NCBI GenBank assembly: GCA_963815115.1
Contig: CAWFFN010000009.1
Coordinates: 480,001 to 544,000, forward strand
Direction: 5' to 3'
Source: an uncultured delta proteobacterium
GTDB lineage: Bacteria > Desulfobacterota > Binatia > DP-6
DNA length: 64,000 nucleotides
Shown here piece after piece: positions 27,053-37,370 of this stretch; position 1 is the first letter of the stretch, and each line of letters begins with the position of its first letter. The notes under the pieces were generated by a model that was not told the origin of the DNA, made no database searches, and worked only from the letters and a program-made list of their open reading frames with translations. A program made the translations under genes and the position numbers.

Positions 27053-28573
27053 CTAGCGCCAGCCGTACAGCGCTCCCATCACGCGCTCCATCATCCGTGC
27101 CCGCCCCGGCGAGTACGGGAACCAGGGTTGCTCCCGCTTCCGCCGCCGCGACTCGACCAGGATCGCCTGCCGGACGCAGAACTGCCGCAGGCCCTCGGCG
27201 CCGCCGTGACGAGTCCCGACGCCGCTCTGCTTGACCCCGCCGAACGGCAGGCCGGGGATCCCGGCGGAGACGAGACACTCGTTGACGCACGCGTTGCCGC
27301 TCTCGATGCGCTGCGCGAGGGCGATGCCGCGCTCGACGTCACGCGTCCACACGCTGGCGTTGAGCCCGTAGCGGCTGTCGTTCGCGAGCCGCAGCGCCTC
27401 GTCGGCGTCGCGCACGGTCATGACCGGGACCACGGGCCCGAAGGTCTCCTCGCGCATGACGAGCATCGAGTGATCGACGCCGCCGAGGACCGTGGGCTCG
27501 TAGAAGTGTCCGGGACCGCTCCCGGTCCGCCGGCCGCCCAGCAGCACCTGTGCCCCCCTCGTCCGCGCATCGTCGACGTGGCGCTCGACGATCTCGATCT
27601 GCCTCGGGCTGGTGAACGCGCCGTAGTCGATGTCGGCGTCCGGACCGTTCGGCCCGACGCGCAGCACCCGCATCTGCTCGACGAGCTTCTCGGTGAAGGA
27701 CCGTGCGACGGGCTCCTCCACGTAGACCCGCTCGACCGACATGCAGACCTGGCCGGCCATCATGCAGCCGCCCCAGGCTGCGGCGCGGGCCGCACGGTCG
27801 AGGTCGGCGTCGCGCAGCACGATCATCGGATCCTTGCCGCCCAGCTCGAGCAGGACCGGGGTGAGGCGGCGGCTGGCTCGCTCCATCACGCGGCGTCCGG
27901 TCTCCGGCGAGCCGGTGACGCAGATCATGTCGACGTGGTCGACCAGCGCCGCCCCGGTGTCGCCGGCGCCGATGACCACCTGCAGGAGATCGGGCGGAAG
28001 GGCGCGCTGCATCGCCTCGACCGCGCGCTGCACGGCGAGTGGTGCCAGCTCCGAAGGCTTGATGACCACCGCGTTGCCCGCGAGCAGGGCCGGCACGGCG
28101 TCACCCAGAGCGAGGTTGAGGGGGGCGTTCCAGGGGCTGATGATGCCGACGACGCCGCGCGGGCGGTAGGCGACGAGCGCGCGTTTGCCGAGGAGCGGCC
28201 GCGAGCTGACGCGCTCGGTCGCCAGCCAGCGTGGCGCGCGCCGAACGAGTCCCCCGAGGTCGAGGCACACGCCCATCAGCTCGCCCACGACGTCGAAGCG
28301 GGCCTTGCCGGTCTCGCGCTCGAGGCGGTCGAAGATCTCGCGGCGCGCCCGCACCAGCTCGCGCCGGGCACGGCGGAGCATCCGGCCGTGTTCGCGGACG
28401 GGCAGCGCGCCCCAGGCGACCTGCGCAGCGCGGGCGCGCTCGACGGCGACTGCGACCGCCTCGGCGTCGTCGATCGCCAGCTCCTGGACGAGGCCCCCGC
28501 GCGCCGGATCGTGCACCCGAAGCGTCGCCGGGTGCAGGGCAGGCTCGCCGCTGACTCCTTGGGCCATGCTCAT
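27053..28573 (-). CDS. Aldehyde dehydrogenase
   Basis: ISPWN, TGS, LELGGKD, AGQVC and EETFGP motifs. Confidence 0.95.
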   Translation of the reverse strand: MSMAQGVSGEPALHPATLRVHDPARGGLVQELAIDDAEAVAVAVERARAAQVAWGALPVREHGRMLRRARRELVRARREIFDRLERETGKARFDVVGELMGVCLDLGGLVRRAPRWLATERVSSRPLLGKRALVAYRPRGVVGIISPWNAPLNLALGDAVPALLAGNAVVIKPSELAPLAVQRAVEAMQRALPPDLLQVVIGAGDTGAALVDHVDMICVTGSPETGRRVMERASRRLTPVLLELGGKDPMIVLRDADLDRAARAAAWGGCMMAGQVCMSVERVYVEEPVARSFTEKLVEQMRVLRVGPNGPDADIDYGAFTSPRQIEIVERHVDDARTRGAQVLLGGRRTGSGPGHFYEPTVLGGVDHSMLVMREETFGPVVPVMTVRDADEALRLANDSRYGLNASVWTRDVERGIALAQRIESGNACVNECLVSAGIPGLPFGGVKQSGVGTRHGGAEGLRQFCVRQAILVESRRRKREQPWFPYSPGRARMMERVMGALYGWR

Positions 28574-28582
28574 CCTCCTCGC

Positions 28583-29008
28583 TCAGAACTGCATGCGGTA
28601 GAGCATGTAGTAGACGATCCAGCCGCTCGCGGCCACGTACAGCCAGATCGGCAGCGTCACGCGGGCCAGGCGGCGGTGCGCGCGGAAGTCGCGCTTCGCG
28701 AGCGCCAGGTAGATCAGCCGGACGGCGAGCGGGCCGACCACGATGGCGAGGATCACGTGCGGGATCAGGTTGGCGAAGTACAGGGTGCGCCACTCGCCGG
28801 TGCCCTCGAAGCGTTTCGTCCCGAAGACGGCCCAGCGCGTCACGTATGCGACCAGGAACAGACCGGCGAGGCTGGTCGCGAGGAGCATCACGTTGCGATG
28901 CCAGGCGACGCGCCGCGGCACGCGGATGAGGAACCATCCCGCGAGGAGGAACACGCCACTTCCCACGATGCATCCGGTGCTGATGAGGGTGAGACGCTCG
29001 AGCGTCAT
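28583..29008 (-). CDS. DUF420 family membrane protein
   Basis: Four TM segments; H...M, FLVAY, H..LA and HRRLARVTLPIWLYV..SG..VY motifs. Confidence 0.88.
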   Translation of the reverse strand: MTLERLTLISTGCIVGSGVFLLAGWFLIRVPRRVAWHRNVMLLATSLAGLFLVAYVTRWAVFGTKRFEGTGEWRTLYFANLIPHVILAIVVGPLAVRLIYLALAKRDFRAHRRLARVTLPIWLYVAASGWIVYYMLYRMQF

Positions 29009-29035
29009 CGCGTCACGTCATTCCACGGGCAGGGC

Positions 29036-29348
29036 GCAAGAAGAACCCCGACGGCCTTTTGCGGCTCCGAGAGCCGCCCCGCCGGTGATTGCGGGGGCCG
29101 CCGGGGTTCGGTGGTGCCTGGGTCCCCTAAGGGTGACCCAGCGACGTTGAAGCGGGTCGACCCTAGGAGGCCACCACCTCACAGATCACCGTAGGGGATA
29201 ACGTCACTGGATCACCTCCTTTCTTCCGGCGAGAGCACAGGCGGGCCCAAGCCCCGCCGCCGGAGTACGACCGCCGTTGCCGTCCTCCGACCCCGACCAC
29301 CGGCTTCGCCGGCTCTGAGGCCTGTGTACGCCCCGGTCGGGAACCCAT
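29036..29348 (-). ncRNA. Candidate structured RNA of about 310 nt containing a 14-aa small ORF
   Basis: Sigma70-like promoter upstream; several nested hairpins; multibranched 3' stem (29043-29056 with 29096-29109) followed by UUCUU. Confidence 0.55.
29163..29207 (-). CDS. Candidate small peptide MTLSPTVICEVVAS
   Basis: GTG preceded by an extended Shine-Dalgarno AGAAAGGAGGTGATCCA, 7 nt after AGGAGG. Confidence 0.5.
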   Translation of the reverse strand: MTLSPTVICEVVAS

Positions 29349-29354
29349 GGCGAT

Positions 29355-29383
29355 AGCGTAGCGCCGAGACGGCTACGTGTAAA
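29355..29383 (-). promoter_or_regulatory. Sigma70-type promoter TTTACA-N17-TACGCT
   Basis: Minus strand -35 at 29383-29378 and -10 at 29360-29355, with an exact 17-nt spacer. Confidence 0.6.
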
Positions 29384-29394
29384 TCGCTTCGTGC

Positions 29395-30252
29395 TCACGC
29401 GCGGCCGGTCACCAGCCAGGCCGCGCCTTCCATGCGCACGCCGGCGCTCGTCTGGTACGGCGCGAGCGCCTCGCGCACCGCCGCCGCCACCGCCGCCCGA
29501 GCCGCGGGGTCGGCCTGGCGCATCGCGGCGCTGGTCGGCCCCACGCCGGTCAGCAGGATCTCGGTCACGTCGTCGAGGCCCTTCCCCCCGCCGATGGTGA
29601 GCATCGCGCGATGATCGGCGAACGCCAGGTCGGTGAAGCCGGCGCGCTCCAGGATGCCGCGAACTCGCGCCGCGTCGGCGAACGAGAGCGGCCCCGGCGC
29701 GCCGGGCTCGGGAGGCGGCGGCAGGGTGATGTGGCGCGCGGCGGCGGCGAGCGGAACCCGCATCCACGGATTGTCCGCCAGGGCTTGCCAGCAGACGAAG
29801 CCGAGCCGGCCACCCGGACGCAGCGCCGCGTGCAGGTTGGTGAACGCGGCCGCCGGCTCGACGAAGAACATCACGCCGAAGCGCGAGAAGCACACGTCGA
29901 AGCGCGCCGGCTCGAACCGTGTCGTCTGGGCGTCGGCGGCCTCGAAGGTCACGTTGCGGAGACCCGCGGCGCTGGCGCGCTCGCGCGCGCTGGCGAGCAT
30001 CACGGCGGAGAGGTCGACGCCGGTGACCGCGCCGGTCGGTCCGACGCGGCGGCCGAGCTCGACCGTCGAATCGCCGGTGCCACAGCCGACGTCGAGCACG
30101 CGCTCGCCCGGCGCGATGCCGGTTCGGTCCATCGCCGCCTGTCCGAGCGGTCGGATCTGCTGGTCGAGAACGTCCCTCAGTCCGACCCATTTCGGGCCGG
30201 CGGTCTCGTTCCAGTAGGTGATCTGCTCCGCGTTCGGACCGGTCGCCTGCAT
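29395..30252 (-). CDS. Class I SAM-dependent methyltransferase
   Basis: VLDVGCGTG, GVDLS, ADAQ and FSRFGVMFF motifs; ATG 30252 after GGAGGG. Confidence 0.92.
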   Translation of the reverse strand: MQATGPNAEQITYWNETAGPKWVGLRDVLDQQIRPLGQAAMDRTGIAPGERVLDVGCGTGDSTVELGRRVGPTGAVTGVDLSAVMLASARERASAAGLRNVTFEAADAQTTRFEPARFDVCFSRFGVMFFVEPAAAFTNLHAALRPGGRLGFVCWQALADNPWMRVPLAAAARHITLPPPPEPGAPGPLSFADAARVRGILERAGFTDLAFADHRAMLTIGGGKGLDDVTEILLTGVGPTSAAMRQADPAARAAVAAAVREALAPYQTSAGVRMEGAAWLVTGRA

Positions 30253-30287
30253 GGGGCCCTCCTCGCCTCCCGCTTCGGGCTCACGAC

Positions 30288-32975
30288 TCATCGTCCGTTC
30301 CTCGCGCGGGCGATGTCGTCGATGCATTGCACCACGAGCGACGTCCATCCGGTCTGGTGGCTCGCGCCGCAGCCGCGACCGGTATCGCCGTGGAAGTACT
30401 CGTAGAGGAGCACCAGCTCGCGAAAGTGCGGATCATCGGCGTAGCGGCGCTCGTCGCCGTGACAGGGCCGCCGTCCCGCGGCGTCGGGGAGGAAGAGACT
30501 CGCCAGGCGGCGCCGGATCTCGCGCGCGGCCTCGAGGAGGGTCACGCGCCGGCCCGACCCCGTCGGCAGCTCCACCAGCAGGTCGTCGCCGTAGAAGTGG
30601 TGATATCGCTCCAGCGCCTCGACGAGGAGGTAGTTGAGCGGGAACCAGACGGGACCCCGCCAGTTCGAGTTCCCTCCGAAGATCCCGATGGTGGACTCTC
30701 CCGGCATGTAGCTCACGCCGAGGTTCTGCTCCTCGAAAACGCACTCGAATGGCTGGCTGGCGTGGATGCGGGAGAGCGAGCGGATCCCCCATGGGGAGAG
30801 GAACTCGTTCTCGTCGAGCAGGTAGCGCAGCAGACGCTCGAGCCGTGCGCGGGCGGGAATGGCGAGGAGGCGGCGGCCGTCGCTCTGCTGCATGCACGCG
30901 ATCTGGTAGGCCAGGTCGCTGCGGTTCTCGAGGAACCATCGCATGCGCTTCGAGAACGCCGGCAGGCGGTCGAGCGTGTCCTGCTCGAGCACCTCGACGG
31001 CAATGAGCGGGATCAACCCCACCAGCGAGCGGATGCGCAGCGGCAGGTTTCGCCCGTCGGCATGGAGCTGGTCGTAGTAGAAGCCGTCCTCGTCGTTCCA
31101 CAGGCCCGTCCCACCGAGCTCGTTCATGGCATCGGCGATGGCGACGAAGTGCTCGAAGAACTTGGACGCCATGTCCTCGCAGGCGGGATACTCGTGCGAC
31201 AGCTCGAGCGCCATCGACAGCAGCGTGCCGCAGTAGAATGCCATCCAGGCGGTGCCGTCGGCTTGCTCGAGATTCGCGCCGTTGCGCAGCGGCCGCGAGC
31301 GGTCGAAGACGCCGATGTTGTCGAGACCGAGGAAGCCGCCGCCGAAGAGGTTGTTGCCCTCGACGTCCTTGCGGTTCACCCACCAGGTGAAGTTGAGGAT
31401 GCACTTCTGGAAGACCCGGGCGAGAAACATGGTGTCACGCTCGCCGCGCGCGGCGGTCATCTTGTAGACGCGCCAGGCCGCCCACGCGTGCACCGGCGGG
31501 TTGACGTCGCCGAACGCGAACTCGTAGGCCGGAAGCTGCCCGTTCGGGTGCATGAACCATTCGCGCAGGAAGAGCACGAGCTGCTCCTTGGCGAAGTGCG
31601 GATCGGCGCGCGCGAAGACGACCGTGTGAAAGGCGAGGTCCCACGCGGCGTACCACGGATACTCCCACGCGTCCGGCACCGAGATGATGTCGCGGTTGTA
31701 GAGGTGCCGCCAGTCGGCGTTGCGTCCGGTCTTGCGCGCGGCCGGCGGCGGTGGCTGTCCCGGATCGCCGTCGAGCCATGCCGCGACCGAGTAGCCATAG
31801 AACTGCTTGGTCCAGAACAGCCCGGCGCTGGCCTGCCGCGCGACCCGCAGCTCGGCATCCGTGGCCCCGGACGCGACGAGCGTGGCGTGGAACGCGTCGG
31901 CCTCGGCCCGCCGCATCGCGAAGGTCTCGGCGAAGTTGCCGTCGAACGGGGTGCGCGGCGCTTCCGCGTCGGCGGAGAGCCGCAGCCGGACGACGGCTTC
32001 GCCGCCGGCCGCGAGCGCGAGCTGGAAATTCGCGGCGGCCTTGCTGCCGGTGCCGGCCGGATTCACGGCACCGGCCTCGCCCGCCACCAGGTGGCGGTGG
32101 AAGGCGTCCTTCACGTACGGAGACGGATCCGGCGTTCCCCAGAGTCGCGAGAAGTTGCTCTCGTTCTCCGTGAACAGCAGCGCCGGCGCGGGATGGCCCG
32201 CAGGCGGCTCGATCGCCAGCCGGAAGGTGCCGAGCGAAGCGTGCGCGGCGCTGAGCGAGGCGTCGTCGCGTCGCGTGATGCGGCCACGCGGCCAGTAGCC
32301 TTCGCCCGTGCGACCCCAGGACCAGGTGTTGCGGAACCAGAGCGTGGGAAGCAGGTGCAGCGTGGCCGGGTCGGGTCCGCGGTTCGTCACCGTCAGCTGG
32401 ATGAGCACGTCGTCGGGCGACGCCTTGGCGTACTCGGCGACCACGTCGAAGTACCGGTTGCCGTCGAAGACGCCGGTGTCGAGCAGCTCGAACTCGGGGT
32501 CGCGGCGCGAGCGGCGACGGGTCTCCTCCACCAGCTGGCAGTACGGAAACGCCGCCTGCGGGTACTTGTAGAGCGCCTTCAGATACGAGCTCGTGGGCGT
32601 CGCGTCGAGGTAGTAGTAGAGCTCCTTCACGTCCTCGCCGTGGTTGCCCTCGGGGCCGGTGAGCCCGAACAGGCGTTCCTTCAGGATCGGGTCGCGTCCG
32701 TTCCACAGTGCGAGCGCGAAGCACAGCCGGCCCTGGCGATCGGTGATCCCGAGCAGGCCGTCCTCGCCCCAGCGATAGGCCCGGCTGCGGGCATGATCGT
32801 GGGTGAGGTAGTCCCAGCAGGTCCCGTCGGCGGAGTAGTCCTCGCGCACGGTGCCCCACTGCCGTTCGGACAGGTAGGGACCCCAGCGCTTCCAGTCGAG
32901 GACGCGGCGAGCGTCCTCGTCGAGACGCCGTCGCTCGGCGCCGGCGTCGCCGTCGGGGTGCTCGCCGTTGCTCAT
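30288..32975 (-). CDS. GH63/MGH1-like glucosidase
   Basis: [49 protein letters not shown] and GASHQTGWT motifs. Confidence 0.92.
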   Translation of the reverse strand: MSNGEHPDGDAGAERRRLDEDARRVLDWKRWGPYLSERQWGTVREDYSADGTCWDYLTHDHARSRAYRWGEDGLLGITDRQGRLCFALALWNGRDPILKERLFGLTGPEGNHGEDVKELYYYLDATPTSSYLKALYKYPQAAFPYCQLVEETRRRSRRDPEFELLDTGVFDGNRYFDVVAEYAKASPDDVLIQLTVTNRGPDPATLHLLPTLWFRNTWSWGRTGEGYWPRGRITRRDDASLSAAHASLGTFRLAIEPPAGHPAPALLFTENESNFSRLWGTPDPSPYVKDAFHRHLVAGEAGAVNPAGTGSKAAANFQLALAAGGEAVVRLRLSADAEAPRTPFDGNFAETFAMRRAEADAFHATLVASGATDAELRVARQASAGLFWTKQFYGYSVAAWLDGDPGQPPPPAARKTGRNADWRHLYNRDIISVPDAWEYPWYAAWDLAFHTVVFARADPHFAKEQLVLFLREWFMHPNGQLPAYEFAFGDVNPPVHAWAAWRVYKMTAARGERDTMFLARVFQKCILNFTWWVNRKDVEGNNLFGGGFLGLDNIGVFDRSRPLRNGANLEQADGTAWMAFYCGTLLSMALELSHEYPACEDMASKFFEHFVAIADAMNELGGTGLWNDEDGFYYDQLHADGRNLPLRIRSLVGLIPLIAVEVLEQDTLDRLPAFSKRMRWFLENRSDLAYQIACMQQSDGRRLLAIPARARLERLLRYLLDENEFLSPWGIRSLSRIHASQPFECVFEEQNLGVSYMPGESTIGIFGGNSNWRGPVWFPLNYLLVEALERYHHFYGDDLLVELPTGSGRRVTLLEAAREIRRRLASLFLPDAAGRRPCHGDERRYADDPHFRELVLLYEYFHGDTGRGCGASHQTGWTSLVVQCIDDIARARNGR

Positions 32976-33013
32976 CCTGGGTCTGGAGGTTTGCGCGACC
33001 GGGACCGCCGCCG

Positions 33014-34840
33014 TCAACCGGCATGACCGGCGGCGGAGAGCCGCCGATCGAGGTCGAAGGCGGCGCTGATGAGCGCGAGATGGGTGAAGGCCTGCGGGAA
33101 GTTTCCCAGGTGCTGGGCCTGCGGGCCCAGCTCCTCGCCGTAGAGCCCGAGGTGATTGGCGTAGCCGAGCATCTTCTCGAAGAAGAAGCGCGCCTTGTGC
33201 AGGTCGCCCATGCGCGACAGGCACTCGACGTACCAGAAGGAGCACATGGAGAAGGTTCCCTCCTGGCCGCTGAGCCCGTCGGTGAAGGAGTCGCCCAGCC
33301 GGTAGCGGTAGACGAGCGAGTCGCTCACCAGCTCGCGCTCGATCGCGCGCAGCGTGGACACCCAGCGCGGATCGGTTGGAGAGATGAAGCGCACCAGCGG
33401 CATCAGCAGCGCCGACGCGTCGAGCGTGGTCGCGCCGGGATGCTGGACGAAGGCGCTGCGCTTCGCGTCCCAGAAGCGCTCGTAGACGTCGCGGTAGATC
33501 GTGTCGCGCACGTCGTACCAGCGTGCCTGGGGCGAGGGGAACGAGCGCTTCTGTGCCAGCCGGATGGCCCGGTCCATGGCGACCCAGCACTGGACGCGCG
33601 AGTAGAGAAACTCCTGCCGCCCCCCGCGCACCTCCCAGATGCCCTCGTCCTTCTCGCGCCAGTGCTCGCATACCCAGTCGATCAGCCGGACGATGTTCGT
33701 CCAGCCATCGTAGCCGATCGGGGAGCCGTACTTGTCGAACAGGTACACCGAGTCCATCAGCTCGCCGTAGATGTCGAGCTGCAGGTGCTTGTAGGCGGCG
33801 TTGCCGATCCGCACCGGACGCGAGCCCATGTAGCCCTCGAGGTGATCCAGCGTCTCCTCGAGCAGCTCGTGACGCCCGTCGAGGCCGTACATGATCTGCA
33901 ACGACCCGTCGGGACCGAGCTCCTTGCAGCGATCCATGACCCAGCCCATGAAGGCCCCCGCCTCGGCCGTGAAGCCGAGCCGCATGAGGCCGTAGAGCGT
34001 GAAGGACGAGTCCCGGATCCAGGTGTATCGGTAGTCCCAGTTGCGCACGCCGCCGATGGTCTCCGGCAGGCCGAAGGTCGGTGCGGCGACGATGGAGCCG
34101 TACCGGCGAGACGTCAGGAGCTTCAGGGTGAGGGCGGAGCGGTTCACCGTCTCGCGCCAGCGCCCCTGATACGTGCTGCGGTCGATCCAGCGACGCCAGA
34201 AGTTGACCGTCTGCTTGAATGCCTCGCGGACATAGTGGGGCTGCTCGCTGGGCGACGGCTCGCCCGGCATCACCACCTCGAGCACGAACCACGCCGAGCG
34301 ATTCTCCGCGAGCGTGAAGTCGGCGACGGCCGCGCCTTCCACGACCCGCATCGGTACCGACGCCTTCAGGCGCAGGGCCAGCTCGTTGCCCCCCGCGCTT
34401 CCGACGAACAGGACGTCGCGCTCGCCGCGCGCCTCCACCGTGTGCGGGGCGCGTCCGTAGTCGAAGCGCGGGTCGCAGCACATGCGGAAGCGCAGCTCGC
34501 CGCGCACGGTCTTCGCCCGCCGCACCATGTTGTGCGCCTGTCCGGCGTCCTCGACGGGCATGAAGTCGCACAGCTCGGCCACGCCGTCGTTCGACAGGAA
34601 GCGGGTGAGGAGCACGTTGGTGTCGGGCAGGTAGAGTTGCTTCCTGGCCGCCCCGTCGAGCACCGGCACGACCTGGAACCGACCGCCGTGCTCGGCGTCG
34701 ACGAGCGCCGCGAACACCGACGGTGAGTCGAAGGCCGGCAAACAGAGGTAGTCGACGGAGCCGTCCAGGCCGACGAGCGCGACGGTGTGGAGATCACCGA
34801 TGACGCCGTAGTCGCCGATGGGCCGATAGCAATTCGCCAC
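33014..34840 (-). CDS. GH15 glycoside hydrolase (trehalase/glucoamylase-like)
   Basis: IGDYGVIGDL, RNWDYRYTWIRD, QLDIYGE, GIWEVRG and LGNFPQAFTH motifs. Confidence 0.93.
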   Translation of the reverse strand: MANCYRPIGDYGVIGDLHTVALVGLDGSVDYLCLPAFDSPSVFAALVDAEHGGRFQVVPVLDGAARKQLYLPDTNVLLTRFLSNDGVAELCDFMPVEDAGQAHNMVRRAKTVRGELRFRMCCDPRFDYGRAPHTVEARGERDVLFVGSAGGNELALRLKASVPMRVVEGAAVADFTLAENRSAWFVLEVVMPGEPSPSEQPHYVREAFKQTVNFWRRWIDRSTYQGRWRETVNRSALTLKLLTSRRYGSIVAAPTFGLPETIGGVRNWDYRYTWIRDSSFTLYGLMRLGFTAEAGAFMGWVMDRCKELGPDGSLQIMYGLDGRHELLEETLDHLEGYMGSRPVRIGNAAYKHLQLDIYGELMDSVYLFDKYGSPIGYDGWTNIVRLIDWVCEHWREKDEGIWEVRGGRQEFLYSRVQCWVAMDRAIRLAQKRSFPSPQARWYDVRDTIYRDVYERFWDAKRSAFVQHPGATTLDASALLMPLVRFISPTDPRWVSTLRAIERELVSDSLVYRYRLGDSFTDGLSGQEGTFSMCSFWYVECLSRMGDLHKARFFFEKMLGYANHLGLYGEELGPQAQHLGNFPQAFTHLALISAAFDLDRRLSAAGHAG

Positions 34841-35100
34841 GTCGTCAGCATACCACGGCGGCGTGCGCCTCGGGCAGCGGGGGTGCACGATCCCGCCCAG
34901 GCTGGGAACGGGCCGCCGACGGGCGTGCTCGGGTCGCCGTCGACGATCTCGGAGACGGGCCCGGCCCGGCGTCGCGTCACGGCAGCGCAGGCCCGGCGTC
35001 TTCCCCTCCCCCGCCGTCCCGGGGCAGAGTACTTGACGGGCGACTCCATAGAGGCGTAGTGCGGGATCGGTCTGGTCAGATAGCAAGGAAGGGGGACCTC

Positions 35101-36273
35101 ATGAGAGTCTTTGCTGCGCTGACACTCGGGCTGGGGCTGGCCGCGGCGAGCGAGGCGGCCGTCACCCACTACCTCCACAGGGGCGCGTCACCCGTGCCCA
35201 TACCCGGGGGCAGCTCCGTCTTCTTCCTCGACGGGACGCCGCCTGCGGGCAGTACCGCGGTCGCCGAGAAGATCCAGGTGAGCAAGAAGACGCGAATCGC
35301 CTTCCCCGACTTCATCGCCGGGCCGTTCGGCGGCGGCACCGTCCTCGGGGCTCAGCTCGGAGCGCTCGTGCATCTGTCGGCAAACCTCCAGATGTCGCAG
35401 TGCGCCAGCGTCACCGCGCAGATTCTCGCCGTCGATCCGACGGGCGCCGTGAAGGTCGCCGGCAGTCTGCTCCTCGCCGGCGCGACGATCCCCCAGGGCT
35501 CGGGCGACGGCACGACGGGCTTCGCGCCCCTGACGTTCGGCGGCCCCGCCCGCTGCGCGTTCCTCGACGGCATCCCCGTCGAGGAGGGCGGATCGGTGGG
35601 CCTGCGCCTGCTCGTGTCCAACCTCTGCAAGGCGAATCGCGCCGTCTCGCTGGTCTACGACGCCGTCGGGGCGCCGTCGGCGATCAGCTTCGATGTGCTC
35701 GGGCTGAGCCCGGAGGAGATCCTGGAGCGGCGGCTCGAGTGCCAGAAGGATTGTGCCCCCGACAAGATCAAGGCGGCGAGCAAGAAGATCAGCGACATCG
35801 CCAAGTGCTTCGCCAAGGCGGTCAAGGACGGTGTCGATCCGGACTGCTTCTTTAAGGCGGAGATCAAGTTCGTGACGGCGTTCGACAAGGCCGAGGAGAA
35901 GCGCGACTGCGTGACCGTTGGCGACGCGGGCGCCGTCGAAGGCAACGTCGATGCCGCCGTGGGCGCGTTCGTCGCGGCGCTCGCTCCTGCCATGCTGCCG
36001 GAGGAGAGCCAGAAGTGCGCGGTCGCGAAGATCGGCCTCGCGGCCAAGAAGGCGACCGCGAAGCTCGCCTGTCAATCGAAGGCGGTGAAGAAGGCCCTGC
36101 CGGTCGACGTCGAGTGTCTCACCAAGGCGGAGGAGAGGTTCGCGATCGCCTACCAGAAGCTCGACGGCAAGGGGGGCTGTGTCACCACCGGCGATGCGCC
36201 GGGCGTCGAGGCCATCATCGACGGGCTGGTCGACGCGCTCGTGACGATGCTCGCCCCCCTGACTCCGCCCTGA
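35101..36273 (+). CDS. Secreted hypothetical protein with duplicated helical Cys/Lys domain at the C-terminus
   Basis: Signal peptide; C..KA....D..C..KA..KF...F.K.E.K..C...GD units twice, as in 3666..4931. Confidence 0.8.
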   Translation: MRVFAALTLGLGLAAASEAAVTHYLHRGASPVPIPGGSSVFFLDGTPPAGSTAVAEKIQVSKKTRIAFPDFIAGPFGGGTVLGAQLGALVHLSANLQMSQCASVTAQILAVDPTGAVKVAGSLLLAGATIPQGSGDGTTGFAPLTFGGPARCAFLDGIPVEEGGSVGLRLLVSNLCKANRAVSLVYDAVGAPSAISFDVLGLSPEEILERRLECQKDCAPDKIKAASKKISDIAKCFAKAVKDGVDPDCFFKAEIKFVTAFDKAEEKRDCVTVGDAGAVEGNVDAAVGAFVAALAPAMLPEESQKCAVAKIGLAAKKATAKLACQSKAVKKALPVDVECLTKAEERFAIAYQKLDGKGGCVTTGDAPGVEAIIDGLVDALVTMLAPLTPP

Positions 36274-36290
36274 GCGGTTCGCCGGCGCCC

Positions 36291-37370
36291 TCACACCATC
36301 GCGACGACGTTCTTGACGCCCCGCGGCGGGCCCTGCAGGAGCTCGCCTTGGGCGTCGAGCGGGAAACGTCCCGTGATGAGGTTCCGCGCGACGCCCGGCC
36401 AGCGTGACTCGAACACCGCCAGATCGCCGATCGCCGCCTCGAAGGCCTCGCGGCCGGCGTTGATGGTGCCGAGGACGACCTGATTGCGTAGCACGAGGTT
36501 GCGCATCATCGCCGCGGCGTCGATCTCGAGCGGCCTGCGACCGCCGGGAAGCCCGGTGAGCACGAGCATGCCGTTGTGGCCGAGGGCCTCGAGCGCCTGG
36601 AACACGACCGGGGGCGCGCCGGTCGCCTCGTAGAGCACGTCGATGCCGCCGAGGCGCGTCCCGAGCTGCGCGAGCGGCGCGCGCTCCGAGCTCACGTAGC
36701 GCACCCCGGCGGACGCGAGCAGGGCGGCCTGCGGGCTCGATTCGGGCTCCAGCGACCACACGTGGGTCTCGAAGCCGGCCGCGGCGAGGACGAGCGCGCC
36801 GAGGATCCCGACTGCTCCCGCGCCTGCCACCACCGCCGTACCGCCGCCGCGTCCGGTCCGTTCCCGGACCCCACGGATCTGACCGAGCGCCTTTTCTGCG
36901 ATCGTGAGCGGTTCGACCAGCACGGCGACGTCGCGCAGCGCCGGCGCCACGCGATGGAGATAGCGTGCGTCCTCGACCACCTCCTCGGCCAGGAAGCCGT
37001 GGCGCTCCTTGATGCCATGCTCGACGAAGTCGCCGGTGGTGCAGAGGTCCTGCCGCGCGCTGCGGCACGGGACGCAGGCGTCGTGCGGGCAGGGGCGCCG
37101 CACCGCGGGAACGACGAGGTCGCCGCGCGCGAGCTGCGTCACGGCGGGTCCGACCTCGACCACCTCGGCGAGACACTCGTGCCCGAGGACCAGATGATCG
37201 GAGCCCGCGGGAGGGGTACCGAACTCGAAGCGGCAGATCTCCCGGTCGGTCCCGCAGACGCCGACCTCGAGGACGCGGAGCCGGACGTCGGCGGGCGAGG
37301 AGAGACGGGGCGGGTCGTGCTCCACGAGGCGCACCGCGCGCTCGCGAGGAAAGACGGCGAGGGCCCTCAT
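36291..37370 (-). CDS. Zn-dependent glucose 1-dehydrogenase (MDR family)
   Basis: VGVCGTDRE, LGHE, VRRPC, VLVEPL and GAGAVG motifs. Confidence 0.88.
   Translation of the reverse strand: MRALAVFPRERAVRLVEHDPPRLSSPADVRLRVLEVGVCGTDREICRFEFGTPPAGSDHLVLGHECLAEVVEVGPAVTQLARGDLVVPAVRRPCPHDACVPCRSARQDLCTTGDFVEHGIKERHGFLAEEVVEDARYLHRVAPALRDVAVLVEPLTIAEKALGQIRGVRERTGRGGGTAVVAGAGAVGILGALVLAAAGFETHVWSLEPESSPQAALLASAGVRYVSSERAPLAQLGTRLGGIDVLYEATGAPPVVFQALEALGHNGMLVLTGLPGGRRPLEIDAAAMMRNLVLRNQVVLGTINAGREAFEAAIGDLAVFESRWPGVARNLITGRFPLDAQGELLQGPPRGVKNVVAMV

Noticed and set aside
29189-29224. 16S rRNA gene
   Set aside because: Only two short blocks match the 16S 3' end and the flanks are not rRNA-like; reported instead as a candidate RNA with a small ORF
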